This document shows, piece after piece, positions 26,248 to 38,296 of a stretch of 64,000 bases of DNA. The notes beneath the pieces were generated by a model. The model was not told the DNA's origin, did not search any database, and was given only the letters and a program-made list of their open reading frames with translations. The stretch is taken from positions 5,642,001-5,706,000 of the forward strand of contig NC_043020.1 of the NCBI RefSeq assembly GCF_006345805.1, written 5' to 3'. The translations under genes were made by a program, and so were the position numbers. Within the stretch, counting starts at the first letter, position 1; every line of letters starts with the position of its first letter. The DNA is from Octopus sinensis. Lineage: Eukaryota.

Positions 26248-27650
26248 ATGGACTATGAGTCTCTAACAGACTTGTCCACGACAGATGAGGAACTGGAACA
26301 GGCAATTGCAGTGAAGCTGATGGAGGAAAAGGCTGGAGTTTTCGAGTCTTTATCAGACTTGTCTGAGAAGGAGCTAGAAATGGCAGCAAGGAATTCGGAA
26401 AAGAAGCTGAGTTATACTTATGCCGGTGTAACCAAGAAGGCGGAAGAGAAAGGGGTCGACTTGGCCAAGCTACCAAGTTACCAGAAACACATGAAAAAGG
26501 AAAGCGGTGAGGTGGAACTATCACCGACACCCAGGAGAAAAGAATGGTATGATAAGAGGACCATTGTTTACAGGGTGTTCGCAAACGAAAGGAAGAGGGT
26601 AGAAGTTGTAACCATGGAATGGATAGAGGAAGCCCTGCGAAGAACTGAGGAGGAAATAAATTTTCTGACTCGAGGATCCAAGTATGGGACCGTAGTTGTG
26701 CATTTTAAAAGTGAATCTGCAGCGAGGAAGATGGCGGCGAAGGCGGTGAAGTCGGAAAAGGTAACACTGTTACCTACGTATTTAAACAGGAGGATTACAC
26801 GAATAAGGGTGGAGGGAGTGCCACCAAATGTGGAGGCAGAATGGATTGTGGCGGCTGTGATCAGCGGCCACGAGGACGAAGTAGATATTCTCCATGCCTC
26901 GGTTAAGTCCGAGGGCTGGAGAGGCGTAACAGTGGAGCTGAACGTACAGGCAGAGACCGAGGTACTGGTGGACCTGACGGAAAGCATCAGACTGGGAGAA
27001 GTGATCATGAGAGTGTGGGTGGAGGGCAGGGCTCCACGTTGTTACAAGTGTGGCTGAGGGGTCACATAAGAGCCTTCTGCCCTCCCCCAGGGAAAGAAAT
27101 GGATCCGAACCAGAGAGAGAGAAGCAAAACCAGAGGAGAAGGAAACAGAGGAAGAGAATACACAGAAATGGAAGGGCTGGAAGTAAGAGGAAGAGAAGAA
27201 TACGTGAAAAGAAAATAATATGGAACTCCAATCCACCCCAAAACCACCCACGCCTCTGAGTCCCACCCTACCCATGCAGACATTGAACCCACCCGCTCCC
27301 CCCCAACAAGAAAACAAAAGAAAAAAAAGAATACACACACACAAGAGATTGAAAACGATATCAGGATGTACATTTGTACTATGACTGAACAGAAAGAAGT
27401 TAAAAGTCTAATGGAAGAGTATAAATGGTATGATGTTGGTGAGACTAGGTATGCTGTGATTGAAAAGAAGAACATAGGTGAGTTTATGGGGAGGTGTGAA
27501 AGGAAGAATTGGGAGGTGAAAGATATAAGAATGAGCGATGAATTCGTGGAAAACATGGATGAGTATTTCGGAGTAAGAATGGATATGGAATTTATTCGTA
27601 TTGGCAAAGAACATTCAAGTGACTATGAAAAACAAAGGACAGGTAAGTGA
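26248..27650 (+). CDS. ORF1-like CCHC protein, unit 3 (frameshifted after aa 269)
   Basis: ORFs 26248-27057 and 27366-27650 give the consensus N- and C-termini (MDYESL... and ...EKQRTGK*). Confidence 0.6.
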
Positions 27651-27992
27651 TGCTGACGGACGGGGCCGTTGGTATCGCTTTCATTTAATCATTTTTTCGT
27701 TTAACAATTCATGTTCATAAAGTTTAATTATAATGTTATATGTCCCCATGTTTCTTAGTGTCCTTTCTGTGTCGCCCCTAGTGGGTAATAAAGAAATAAG
27801 AAACGCCACCACTTCGTTTGACGTCGGTGTGTTTTTTTCGGCTCCTGAAAATTCGGTAAAAAAGAACAAAAAAGCGTTGTTGTTGTTGTGGAAATTCTGA
27901 ACGGCGTTGACGCGGTTTCGCGTTTCGCTCGTTCAGCGCGTTAAACTTTTTTCTGTTTTGGCGGCCGTTTTCGGTCTGTCAGACAGAAGGAA

Positions 27993-29396
27993 ATGGACTA
28001 TGAGTCTCTAACAGACTTGTCCACGACAGATGAGGAACTGGAACAGGCAATTGCAGTGAAGCTGATGGAGGAAAAGGCTGGAGTTTTCGAGTCTTTATCA
28101 GACTCGCCTACGTCTGAGAAGGAGCTAGAAATGGCAGCGAGGAATTTGGAAAGAAGCTGAGTTATACTTATGCCGGTGTAACCAAGAAGGCGGAAGAGAA
28201 AGGGGTCGACTTGGCCAAGCTACCAAGTTACCAGAACACATGAAAAAGGAAAGCGGTGAGGTGGAACTATCACCGACACCCAGGAGAAAAGAATGGTATG
28301 ATAAGAGGACCATTGTTTACAGGGTGTGCGCAAACGAAAGGAAGAGGGTAGAAGTTGTATCCATGGAATGGATAGAGGAAGCCCTGCGAAGAACTGAGGA
28401 GGAAATAAATTTTCTGACTCGAGGATCCAAGTACGGGACCGTAGTTGTGCACTTTAAAAGTGAATCTGCAGCGAGAAGATGGCAGCGAAGGCGGTGAAGT
28501 CGGAAAAGGTAACACTGTTACCTACGTATTTAAACAGGAGGATTACACGAATAAGGGTGGAGGGAGTGCCACCAAACGTGGAGGCAGAATGGATTGTGGC
28601 GGCTGTGATCAGCGGCCACGAGGACGAAGTGGATATTCTCCATGCCTCGGTTAAGTCCGAGGGCTGGAGAGGCGTAACAGTGGAGCTGAACGTACAGGCA
28701 GAGACCGAGGTACTGGTGGACCTGACGGAAAGCATCAGACTGGGAGAAGTGATCATGAGAGTGTGGGTGGAGGGCAGGGCTCCACGTTGTTACAAGTGTG
28801 GCCTGAGGGGTCACATAAGAGCCTTCTGCCCTCCCCCAGGGAAAGAATGGATCCCGAACCAGAGAGAGAGAAGCAGAAACCAGAGGAGAAGGAAACAGGA
28901 GAGAATCACAGAGAATGGAAGGAAGCTGGAAGTAAGAGGAAGAGAAGAATACGTGGAAAAGAAAATAATATGGAACTCCAATCCACCCCAAAACCACCCA
29001 CGCCCTCTGAGTCCCACCCTACCCATGCAGACATTGAACCCACCCCTCCCCCCAACAAAAAACAAAAGAAAAAAAAGAATACAAACACACAAGAGATTGA
29101 AAACGATATCAGGATGTACATTTGTACTATGACTGAACAGAAAGAAGTTAAAAGTCTAATGGAAGAGTATAAATGGTATGATTTGGTGAGACTAGGTATG
29201 CTGTGATTGAAAAGAAGAACATAGGTGAGTTTATGGGAAGGTGAAATGCGAGAATTGGGAGGTGAAAGATATAAGAATGAGCGATGAATTCGTGGAAAAT
29301 ATGGATGAGTATTTCGGAGTAAGAATGGATATGGAATTTGTTCGTATTGGCAAGGAACATTCAAGTGACTATGAAAAACAAAGGACAGGTAAGTGA
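27993..29396 (+). CDS. ORF1-like CCHC protein, unit 4 (frameshifted)
   Basis: Collinear with unit 8; fragments 28240-28497, 28479-29132 and 28763-29206. Confidence 0.55.
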
Positions 29397-29730
29397 TGCT
29401 GACGGACGGGGCCGTTGGTATCGCTTTCATTTAATCATTTTTTCGTTTAACAATTCATGTTCATAAAGTTTAATTATAATGTTCTATGTCCCCATGTCTT
29501 TTGGTGTCCCCTTCTGTGTCGCCCCTAGTGGGTAATAAAGAAATCACCACTTCGTTTGACGTCGGTTGTGTTTTTTTCGGCTCCTGAAAATTCGGTAAAA
29601 AAGAACAAAAAGCGGGGTTGTTGTTGTGGAAATTCTGAACGGCGTTGACGCGGTTTCGCGTTTCGCTCGTTCAGCGCGTTAAACTTTCTTCTGTTTTGGC
29701 GGCCGTTTTCGGTCTGTCAGACAGAAGGAA

Positions 29731-31136
29731 ATGGACTATGAGTCTCTAACAGACTTGTCCACGACAGATGAGGAACTGGAACAGGCAATTGCAGTGAAGC
29801 TGATGGAGGAAAAGCTGGAGATTTCGAGTCTTTATCAGACTTGTCTGCGTCTGAGAAGGAGCTAGAAATGGCAGCAAGGAAATTGGAAAAGAAGCTGAGT
29901 TATACTTATGCCGGTGTAACCAAGAAGGCGGAAGAGAAAGGGGTCGACTTGGCCAAACTACCAAGTTACCAGAAACACATGAAAAAGGAAAGCGGTGAGG
30001 TGGAACTATCACCGACACCAGGAGAAAAGAATGGTATGATAAGAGGACCATTGTTTACAGGGTGTTCGCAACGAAGGAAGAGGGTAGAAGTTGTAACCAT
30101 GGAATGGATAGAGGAAGCCCTGCGAAGAACTGAGGAGGAAATAAATTTTCTGACTCGAGGATCCAAGTATGGGACCGTAGTTGTGCATTTTAAAAGTGAA
30201 TCTGCAGCGAGGAAGATGGCGGCGAAGGCGGTGAAGTCGGAAAAGGTAACACTGTTACCTACGTATTTAAACAGGAGGATTACACGAATAAGGGTGGAGG
30301 GAGTGCCACCAAACGTGGAGGCAGAATGGATTGTGGCGGCTGTGATCAGCGCCACGAGGACGAAGTAGATATTCTCCATGCCTCGGTTAAGTCCGAGGGC
30401 TGGAGAGGCGTAACAGTGGAGCTGAACGTACAGGCAGAGACCGAGGTACTGGTGGACCTGACGGAAAGCATCAGACTGGGAGAAGTGATCATGAGAGTGT
30501 GGGTGGAGGGCAGGGCTCCACGTTGTTACAAGTGTGGCCTGAGGGGTCACATAAGAGCCTTCTGCCCTCCCCCAGGGAAAGAAATGGATCCCGAACCAGA
30601 GAGAGAGAAGCAGAAACCAGAGGAGAAGGAAACAGAGGAAGAGAATACACAGAAATGGAAGGAAGCTGGAAGTAAGAGGAAGAGAAGAATACGTGGAAAA
30701 GAAAATAATATGGAACTCCAATCCACCCCAAAACCACCCACGCCCTCTGAGTCCCACCCTATCCATGCAGACATTGAACCCACCCGCTCCCCCCCAACAA
30801 GAAAACAAAAGAAAAAAAAGAATACACACACACAAGAGATTGAAATCGATATCAGCCGTACATTTGTACTATGACTGAACAGAAAGAAGTAAAAGTCTAA
30901 TGGAAGAGTATAAATGGTATGATGTTGGTGAGACTAGGTATGCTGTGATTGAAAAGAAGAACATAGGTGACTTTATGGTGATGTGTGAATGCGAGAATTG
31001 GGAGGTGAAAGATATAAAGAGCGATGAATTCGTGGAAAATATGGATGAGTATTTCGGAGTAAGAATGGATATGGAATTTGTTCGTATTGGCAAGGAACAT
31101 TCAAGTGACTATGAAAAACAAAGGACAGGTAAGTGA
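29731..31136 (+). CDS. ORF1-like CCHC protein, unit 5 (frameshifted)
   Basis: Fragments 29841-30368, 30326-30874 and 30900-31136. Confidence 0.55.
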
Positions 31137-31479
31137 TGCTGACGGACGGGGCCGTTGGTATCGCTTTCATTTAATCATTTTTTCGTTTACAATTCATGTT
31201 CATAAAGTTTAATTATAATGTTATATGTCCCCATGTTTCTTAGTGTCCTTTCTGTGTCGCCCCTAGTGGGTAATAAAGAAATAGAAACGTCACCACTACT
31301 TCGTTTGACGTCGGTTGTGTTTTTTTCGGCTCCTGAAAATTCGGTAAAAAAGAACAAAAAGCGTGGTTGTTGTTGTGGAAACTCTGAACGGCGTTGACGC
31401 GGTTTCGCGTTTCGCTCGTTCAGCGCGTTAAACTTTTTTCTGTTTTGGCGGCCGTTTTCGGTCTGTCAGACAGAAGGAA

Positions 31480-32888
31480 ATGGACTATGAGTCTCTAACA
31501 GACTTGTCCACGACAGATGAGGAACTGGAACAGGCAATTGCAGTGAAGCTGATGGAGGAAAAGGCTGGAGTTTTCGAGTCTTTATCAGACTTGTCTGAGA
31601 AGGAGCTAGAAATGGCAGCAAGGAATTCGGAAAAGAAGCTGAGTTATACTTATGCCGGTGTAACCAAGAAGGCGGAAGAGAAAGGGGTCGACTTGGCCAA
31701 GCTACCAAGTTACCAGAAACACATGAAAAAGGAAAGCGGTGAGGTGGAACTATCACCGACACCCAGGAGAAAAGAATGGTACGATAAGAGGACCATTGTT
31801 TACAGGGTGTTCGCAAACGAAAGGAAGAGGTAGAAGTTGTAACCATGGAATGGATAGAGGAAGCCCTGCGAAGAACTGAGGAGGAAATAAATTTTCTGAC
31901 TCGAGGATCCAAGTATGGGACCGTAGTTGTGCATTTTAAAAGTGAATCTGCAGCGAGGAAGATGGCGGCGAAGGCGGTGAAGTCGGAAAAGGTAACACTG
32001 TTACCTACGTATTTAAACAGGAGGATTACACGAATAAGGGTGGAGGGAGTGCCACCAAACGTGGAGGCAGAATGGATTGTGGCGGCTGTATCAGCGGCCA
32101 CGAGGACGAAGTAGATATTCTCCATGCCGGTTAAGTCTGAGGGCTGGAGAGGCGTAACAGTGGAGCTGAACGTACAGGCAGAGACCGAGGTACTGGTGGA
32201 CCTGACGGAAAGCATCAGACTGGGAGAAGTGATCATGAGAGTGTGGGTGGAGGGCAGGGCTCCACGTTGTTACAAGTGTGGCCTGAGGGGTCACATAAGA
32301 GCCTTCTGCCCTCCCCCAGGAAAGAAATGGATCCCGAACCAGAGAGAGAAGCAGAAACCAGAGGAGAAGGAAACAGAGGAAGAGAATACACAGAAATGGA
32401 AGGAAGCTGGAAGTAAGAGGAAGAGAAGAATACGTGGAAAAGAAAATAATATGGAACTCCAATCCACCCCAAAACCACCCACGCCCTCTGAGTCCCACCC
32501 TATCCATGCAGACATTGAACCCACCCCACCCGCTCCCCCCCAACAAGAAAACAAAAGAAAAAAAAGAATACACACACACAAGAATTGAATCGATATCATA
32601 TCAGGCCGTACATTTGTACTATGACTGAACAAAAGAAGTTAAAAGTCTAATGGAGAGTATAAATGGTATGATGTTGGTGAGACTAGGTATGCTGTGATTG
32701 AAAAGAAGAACATAGGTGACTTTATGGTGATGTGTGAATGCGAGAATTGGGAGGTGAAAGATATAAGAATGAGCGATGAATTCGTGGAAAATATGGATGA
32801 GTATTTCGGAGTAAGAATGGATATGGAATTTGTTCGTATTGGCAAGGAACATTCAAGTGACTATGAAAAACAAAGGACAGGTAAGTGA
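31480..32888 (+). CDS. ORF1-like CCHC protein, unit 6 (frameshifted)
   Basis: Fragments 31480-31833, 31845-32114, 32124-32588 and 32694-32888. Confidence 0.55.
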
Positions 32889-33235
32889 TGCTGACGGACG
32901 GGGCCGTTGGTATCGCTTTCATTTATAATCATTTTTTCGTTTAACAATTCATGTTCATAAAGTTTAATTATAATGTTATATGTCCCCATGTTTCTTAGTG
33001 TCCCTTTCTGTGTCGCCCCTAGTGGTAATAAAGAAATAAGAAACGCACCACTTCGTTTGACGTCGGTCGTGTTTTTTTACGCTCTGTAAAATTCGGTAAA
33101 AAAGAACAAAAAGCGTGGTTGTTGTTGTGGAAATTCTGAACGGCGTTGACGCGGTTTCGCGTTTCGCTCGTTCAGCGCGTTAAACTTTTTTCTTTTTTGT
33201 TTTGCGGCCGTTTTCGGTCTGTCAGACAGAAGGAA

Positions 33236-34637
33236 ATGGACTATGAGTCTCTAACAGACTTGTCCACGACAGATGAGGAACTGGAACAGGCAATTGCAGT
33301 GAAGCTGATGGAGGAAAAGGCTGGAGTTTTCGAGTCTTTATCAGACTTGTCTGAGAAGGAGCTAGAAATGGCAGCAAGGAAATTGGAAAAGAAGCTGAGT
33401 TATACTTATGCCGGTGTAACCAAGAAGGCGGAAGAGAAAGGGGTCGACTTGGCCAAGCTACCAAGTTACCAGAAACACATGAAAAAGGAAAGCGGTGAGG
33501 TGGAACTATCACCGACACCCAGGAGAAAAGAATGGTATGATAAGAGGACCATTGTTTACAGGGTGTGCGCAAACGAAAGGAAGAGGGTAGAAGTTGTATC
33601 CATGGAATGGATAGAGGAAGCCCTGCGAAGAACTGAGGAGGAAATAAATTTTCTGACTCGAGGATCCAAGTACGGGACCGTAGTTGTGCACTTTAAAAGT
33701 GAATCTGCAGCGAGGAAGATGGCAGCGAAGGCGGTGAAGTCGGAAAAGGTAACACTGTTACCTACGTATTTAAACAGGAGGATTACACGAATAAGGGTGG
33801 AGGGAGTGCCACCAAACGTGGAGGCAGAATGGATTGTGGCGGCTGTGATCAGCGGCCACGAGGACGAAGTAGATATTCTCCATGCCTCGGTTAAGTCCGA
33901 GGGCTGGAGAGGCGTAACAGTGGAGCTGAACGTACAGGCAGAGACCGAGGTACTGGTGGACCTGACGGAAAGCATCAGACTGGGAGAAGTGATCATGAGA
34001 GTGTGGGTGGAGGGCAGGGCTCCACGTTGTTACAAGTGTGGCCTGAGGGGTCACATAAGAGCCTTCTGCCCTCCCCCAGGGAAAGAAATGGATTCCGAAC
34101 CAGAGAGAGAGAAGCAGAAACCAGAGGAGAAGGAAACAGAGAAGAGAATACACAGAAATGGAAGGAAGCTGGAAGTAAGAGGAAGAGAAGAATACGTGGA
34201 AAAGAAAACAATATGGAACTCCAATCCACCCCAAAACCACCCACGCCCTCTGAGTCCCACCCTACCCATGCAGACATTGAACCCACCCGCTCCCCCCCAA
34301 CAAGAAAACAAAAGAAAAAAAAGAATACACACACACAAGAGATTGAAAACGATATCAGGATGTACATTTGTACTATGACTGAACAGAAAGAAGTTAAAAG
34401 TCTAATGGAAGAGTATAAATGGTATGATGTTGGTGAGACTAGGTATGCTGTGATTGAAAAAAGAACATAGGTGAGTTTATGGTGTGTGAAAGGAAGAATT
34501 GGGAGGTGAAAGATATAAGAATGAGCGATGAATTCGTGGAAAAGGATGAGTATTTCGGAGTAAGAATGGATATGGAATTTGTTCGTATTGGCAAAGAACA
34601 TTCAAGTGACTATGAAAAACAAAGGACAGGTAAGTGA
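33236..34637 (+). CDS. ORF1-like CCHC protein, unit 7 (frameshifts in the 3' third)
   Basis: Open from MDYESL through the knuckle to EEKETE (~34140), then shifts frame. Confidence 0.65.
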
Positions 34638-34979
34638 TGCTGACGGACGGGGCCGTTGGTATCGCTTTCATTTAATCATTTTTTCGTTTAACACATTCAT
34701 GTTCATAAAGTTTAATTATAATGTTATATGTCCCCATGTTTCTTAGTGTCCCTTTCTGTGTCGCCCCTAGTGGGTAATAAAGAAATAAGAAACGTCACCA
34801 CTTCGTTTGACGTCGGTGTGTTTTTTTCGGCTCCTGAAAATTCGGTAAAAAAGAACAAAAAGCGTGTTGTTGTTGTGGAAATTCTGAACGGCGTTGACGC
34901 GGTTTCGCGTTTCGCTCGTTCAGCGCGTTAAACTTTTTTCTGTTTTGGCGGCCGTTTTCGGTCTGTCAGACAGAAGGAA

Positions 34980-36396
34980 ATGGACTATGAGTCTCTAACA
35001 GACTTGTCCACGACAGATGAGGAACTGGAACAGGCAATTGCAGTGAAGCTGATGGAGGAAAAGGCTGGAGTTTTCGAGTCTTTATCAGACTCGCCTACGT
35101 CTGAGAAGGAGCTAGAAATGGCAGCGAGGAATTTGGAAAAGAAGCTGAGTTATACTTATGCCGGTGTAACCAAGAAGGCGGAAGAGAAAGGGGTCGACTT
35201 GGCCAAGCTACCAAGTTACCAGAAACACATGAAAAAGGAAAGCGGTGAGGTGGAACTATCACCGACACCCAGGAGAAAAGAATGGTATGATAAGAGGACC
35301 ATTGTTTACAGGGTGTGCGCAAACGAAAGGAAGAGGGTAGAAGTTGTATCCATGGAATGGATAGAGGAAGCCCTGCGAAGAACTGAGGAGGAAATAAATT
35401 TTCTGACTCGAGGATCCAAGTACGGGACCGTAGTTGTGCACTTTAAAAGTGAATCTGCAGCGAGGAAGATGGCAGCGAAGGCGGTGAAGTCGGAAAAGGT
35501 AACACTGTTACCTACGTATTTAAACAGGAGGATTACACGAATAAGGGTGGAGGGAGTGCCACCAAACGTGGAGGCAGAATGGATTGTGGCGGCTGTGATC
35601 AGCGGCCACGAGGACGAAGTAGATATTCTCCATGCCTCGGTTAAGTCCGAGGGCTGGAGAGGCGTAACAGTGGAGCTGAACGTACAGGCAGAGACCGAGG
35701 TACTGGTGGACCTGACGGAAAGCATCAGACTGGGAGAAGTGATCATGAGAGTGTGGGTGGAGGGCAGGGCTCCACGTTGTTACAAGTGTGGCCTGAGGGG
35801 TCACATAAGAGCCTTCTGCCCTCCCCCAGGGAAAGAAATGGATCCCGAACCAGAGAGAGAGAAGCAGAAACCAGAGGAGAAGGAAACAGAGGAAGAGAAT
35901 ACACAGAAATGGAAGGAAGCTGGAAGTAAGAGGAAGAGAAGAATACGTGGAAAAGAAAATAATATGGAACTCCAATCCACCCCAAAACCACCCACGCCCT
36001 CTGAGTCCCACCCTATCCATGCAGACATTGAACCCACCCGCTCCCCCCCAACAAGAAAACAAAAGAAAAAAAAGAATACACACACACAAGAGATTGAAAA
36101 CGATATCAGGATGTACATTTGTACTATGACTGAACAGAAAGAAGTTAAAAGTCTAATGGAAGAGTATAAATGGTATGATGTTGGTGAGACTAGGTATGCT
36201 GTGATTGAAAAGAAGAACATAGGTGAGTTTATGGGGATGTGTGAAAGCGAAGAATTGGGAGGTGAAAGATATAAGAATGAGCGATGAATTCGTGGAAAAC
36301 ATGGATGAGTATTTCGGAGTAAGAATGGATATGGAATTTATTCGTATTGGCAAAGAACATTCAAGTGACTATGAAAAACAAAGGACAGGTAAGTGA
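34980..36396 (+). CDS. ORF1-like (Tx1/L1-type) RRM + CCHC zinc-knuckle protein, unit 8, the best copy; ~471 aa after removing one extra base near 36248
   Basis: Acidic N-terminus, SYTYAGV motif, RRM-like YGTVVVHFKSESAARKM and RIRVEGVPPNVEAEWI, then RVWVEGRAPR-CYKCGLRGHIRAFC (CX2CX4HX4C). A basic/Pro linker (KRKRR) precedes an ~90-aa C-terminal region. ATG to consensus TGA is 1417 nt, i.e. 472 codons plus 1. Confidence 0.8.
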
Positions 36397-36739
36397 TGCT
36401 GACGGACGGGGCCGTTGGTATCGCTTTCATTTAATCATTTTTTCGTTTAACAATTCATGTTCATAAAATTTAATTATAATGTTATATGTCCCCATGTTTC
36501 TTAGTGTCCCTTTCTGTGTCGCCCCTAGTGGGTAATAAAGAAATAAGAAACGTTAGCACGTCGTTTGACGTCGGTTGTGTTTTTTTCGGCTCCTGAAAAT
36601 TCGGTAAAAAAGAACAAAAAGCGTGGTTGTTGTTGTGGAAATTCTGAACGGCGTTGACGCGGTTTCGCGTTTCGCTCGTTCAGCGCGTTAAACTTTTTTC
36701 TGTTTTGGCGGCCGTTTTCGGTCTGTCAGACAGAAGGAA

Positions 36740-38148
36740 ATGGACTATGAGTCTCTAACAGACTTGTCCACGACAGATGAGGAACTGGAACAGGCAATTG
36801 CAGTGAAGCTGATGGAGGAAAAGGCTGGAGTTTTCGAGTCTTTATCAGACTCGCCTACGTCTGAGAAGGAGCTAGAAATGGCAGCGAGGAATTTGGAAAA
36901 GAAGCTGAGTTATACTTATGCCGGTGTAACCAAGAAGGCGGAAGAGAAAGGGGTCGACTTGGCCAAGCTACCAAGTTACCAGAAACACATGAAAAAGGAA
37001 AGCGGTGAGGTGGAACTATCACCGACACCCAGGAGAAAAGAATGGTATGATAAGAGGACCATTGTTTACAGGGTGTGCGCAAACGAAAGGAAGAGGGTAG
37101 AAGTTGTATCCATGGAATGGATAGAGGAAGCCCTGCGAACTGAGGAGGAAATAAATTTTCTGACTCGAGGATCCAAGTACGGGACCGTAGTTGTGCACTT
37201 TAAAAGTGAATCTGCAGCGAGGAAGATGGCAGCGAAGGCGGTGAAGTCGGAAAAGGTAACACTGTTACCTACGTATTTAAACAGGAGGATTACACGAATA
37301 AGGGTGGAGGGAGTGCCACCAAACGTGGAGGCAGAATGGATTGTGGCGGCTGTGATCAGCGGCCACGAGGACGAAGTAGATATTCTCCATGCCTCGGTTA
37401 AGTCTGAGGGCTGGAGAGGCGTAACAGTGGAGCTGAACGTACAGGCAGAGACCGAGGTACTGGTGGACCTGACGGAAAGCATCAGACTGGGAGAAGTGAT
37501 CATGAGAGTGTGGGTGGAGGGCAGGGCTCCACGTTTGTTACAGTGTGGCCTGAGGGGTCACATAAGAGCCTTCTGCCCTCCCCCAGGGAAAGAAATGGAT
37601 CCCGAACCAGAGAGAGAGAAGCAGAAACCAGAGGAGAAGGAAACAGAGGAAGAGAATACACAGAAATGGAAGGAAGCTGGAAGTAAGAGGAAGAGAAGAA
37701 TACGTGGAAAAGAAAATAATATGGAACTCCAATCCACCCCAAAACCACCCACGCCCTCTGAGTCCCACCCTATCCATGCAGACATTGAACCCACCCGCTC
37801 CCCCAACAAGAAAACAAAAGAAAAAAAAGAATACACACACACAGAGATTGAAAACGATATCAGGATGTACATTTGTACTATGACTGAACAGAAAGAAGTT
37901 AAAAGTCTAATGGAAGAGTATAAATGGTATGATGTTGGTGAGACTAGGTATGCTGTGATTGAAAAGAAGAACATAGGTGAGTTTATGGGGAGGTGTGAAA
38001 GGAAGAATGGGAGGTGAAAGATATAAGAATGAGCGATGAATTCGTGGAAAACATGGATGAGTATTTCGGAGTAAGAATGGATATGGAATTTATTCGTATT
38101 GGCAAAGAACATTCAAGTGACTATGAAAAACAAAGGACAGGTAAGTGA
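36740..38148 (+). CDS. ORF1-like protein, unit 9 (425 aa open, late frameshift, knuckle locally shifted)
   Basis: ORF 36740-38017. Compensating indels change RCYKC to RLLQC. Confidence 0.7.
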
Positions 38149-38296
38149 TGCTGACGGACGGGGCCGTTGGTATCGCTTCATTTAATCATTTTTTCGTTTA
38201 ACAATTCATGTTCATAAAATTTAATTATAATGTTATATGTCCCCATGTTTCTTAGTGTCCCTTTCTGTGTCGCCCCTAGTGGGTAATAAAGAAATA

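Larger units (their letters stand above)
22568..38296 (+). mobile_element. Head-to-tail array of nine ~1.75-kb ORF1-only non-LTR retroelements (Tx1/L1-like, non-autonomous)
   Basis: Units at about 22568-24310, 24318-26053, 26061-27798, 27806-29544, 29545-31282, 31291-33038, 33046-34787, 34796-36545 and 36561-38296. Each has a ~185-nt 5' UTR, one ORF and a ~150-nt 3' UTR ending gcccctagtgggtaataaagaaata. No RT, endonuclease, LTR or TIR. Confidence 0.88.

Noticed and set aside
36385-36742. Splicing from the AG|GTAAGT at the ORF end to the next unit to make a polyprotein
   Set aside because: The candidate acceptors lie 10, 6 and 3 nt before the next ATG, and none restores the frame (2+3n would be needed). 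A second TGA two codons later also rules out simple readthrough.
22759-38112. Many minus-strand ORFs of up to 318 aa within the array
   Set aside because: They are antisense shadows of the purine-rich ORF1, differ between units, and have no motifs.
22568-38296. Array interpreted as LTR/gag elements or as a host zinc-knuckle gene cluster
   Set aside because: There are no LTRs, PBS or PPT, and no introns or intergenic spacers. The SINE-shared tail, TSD and SINE interruption fit a non-LTR element better.
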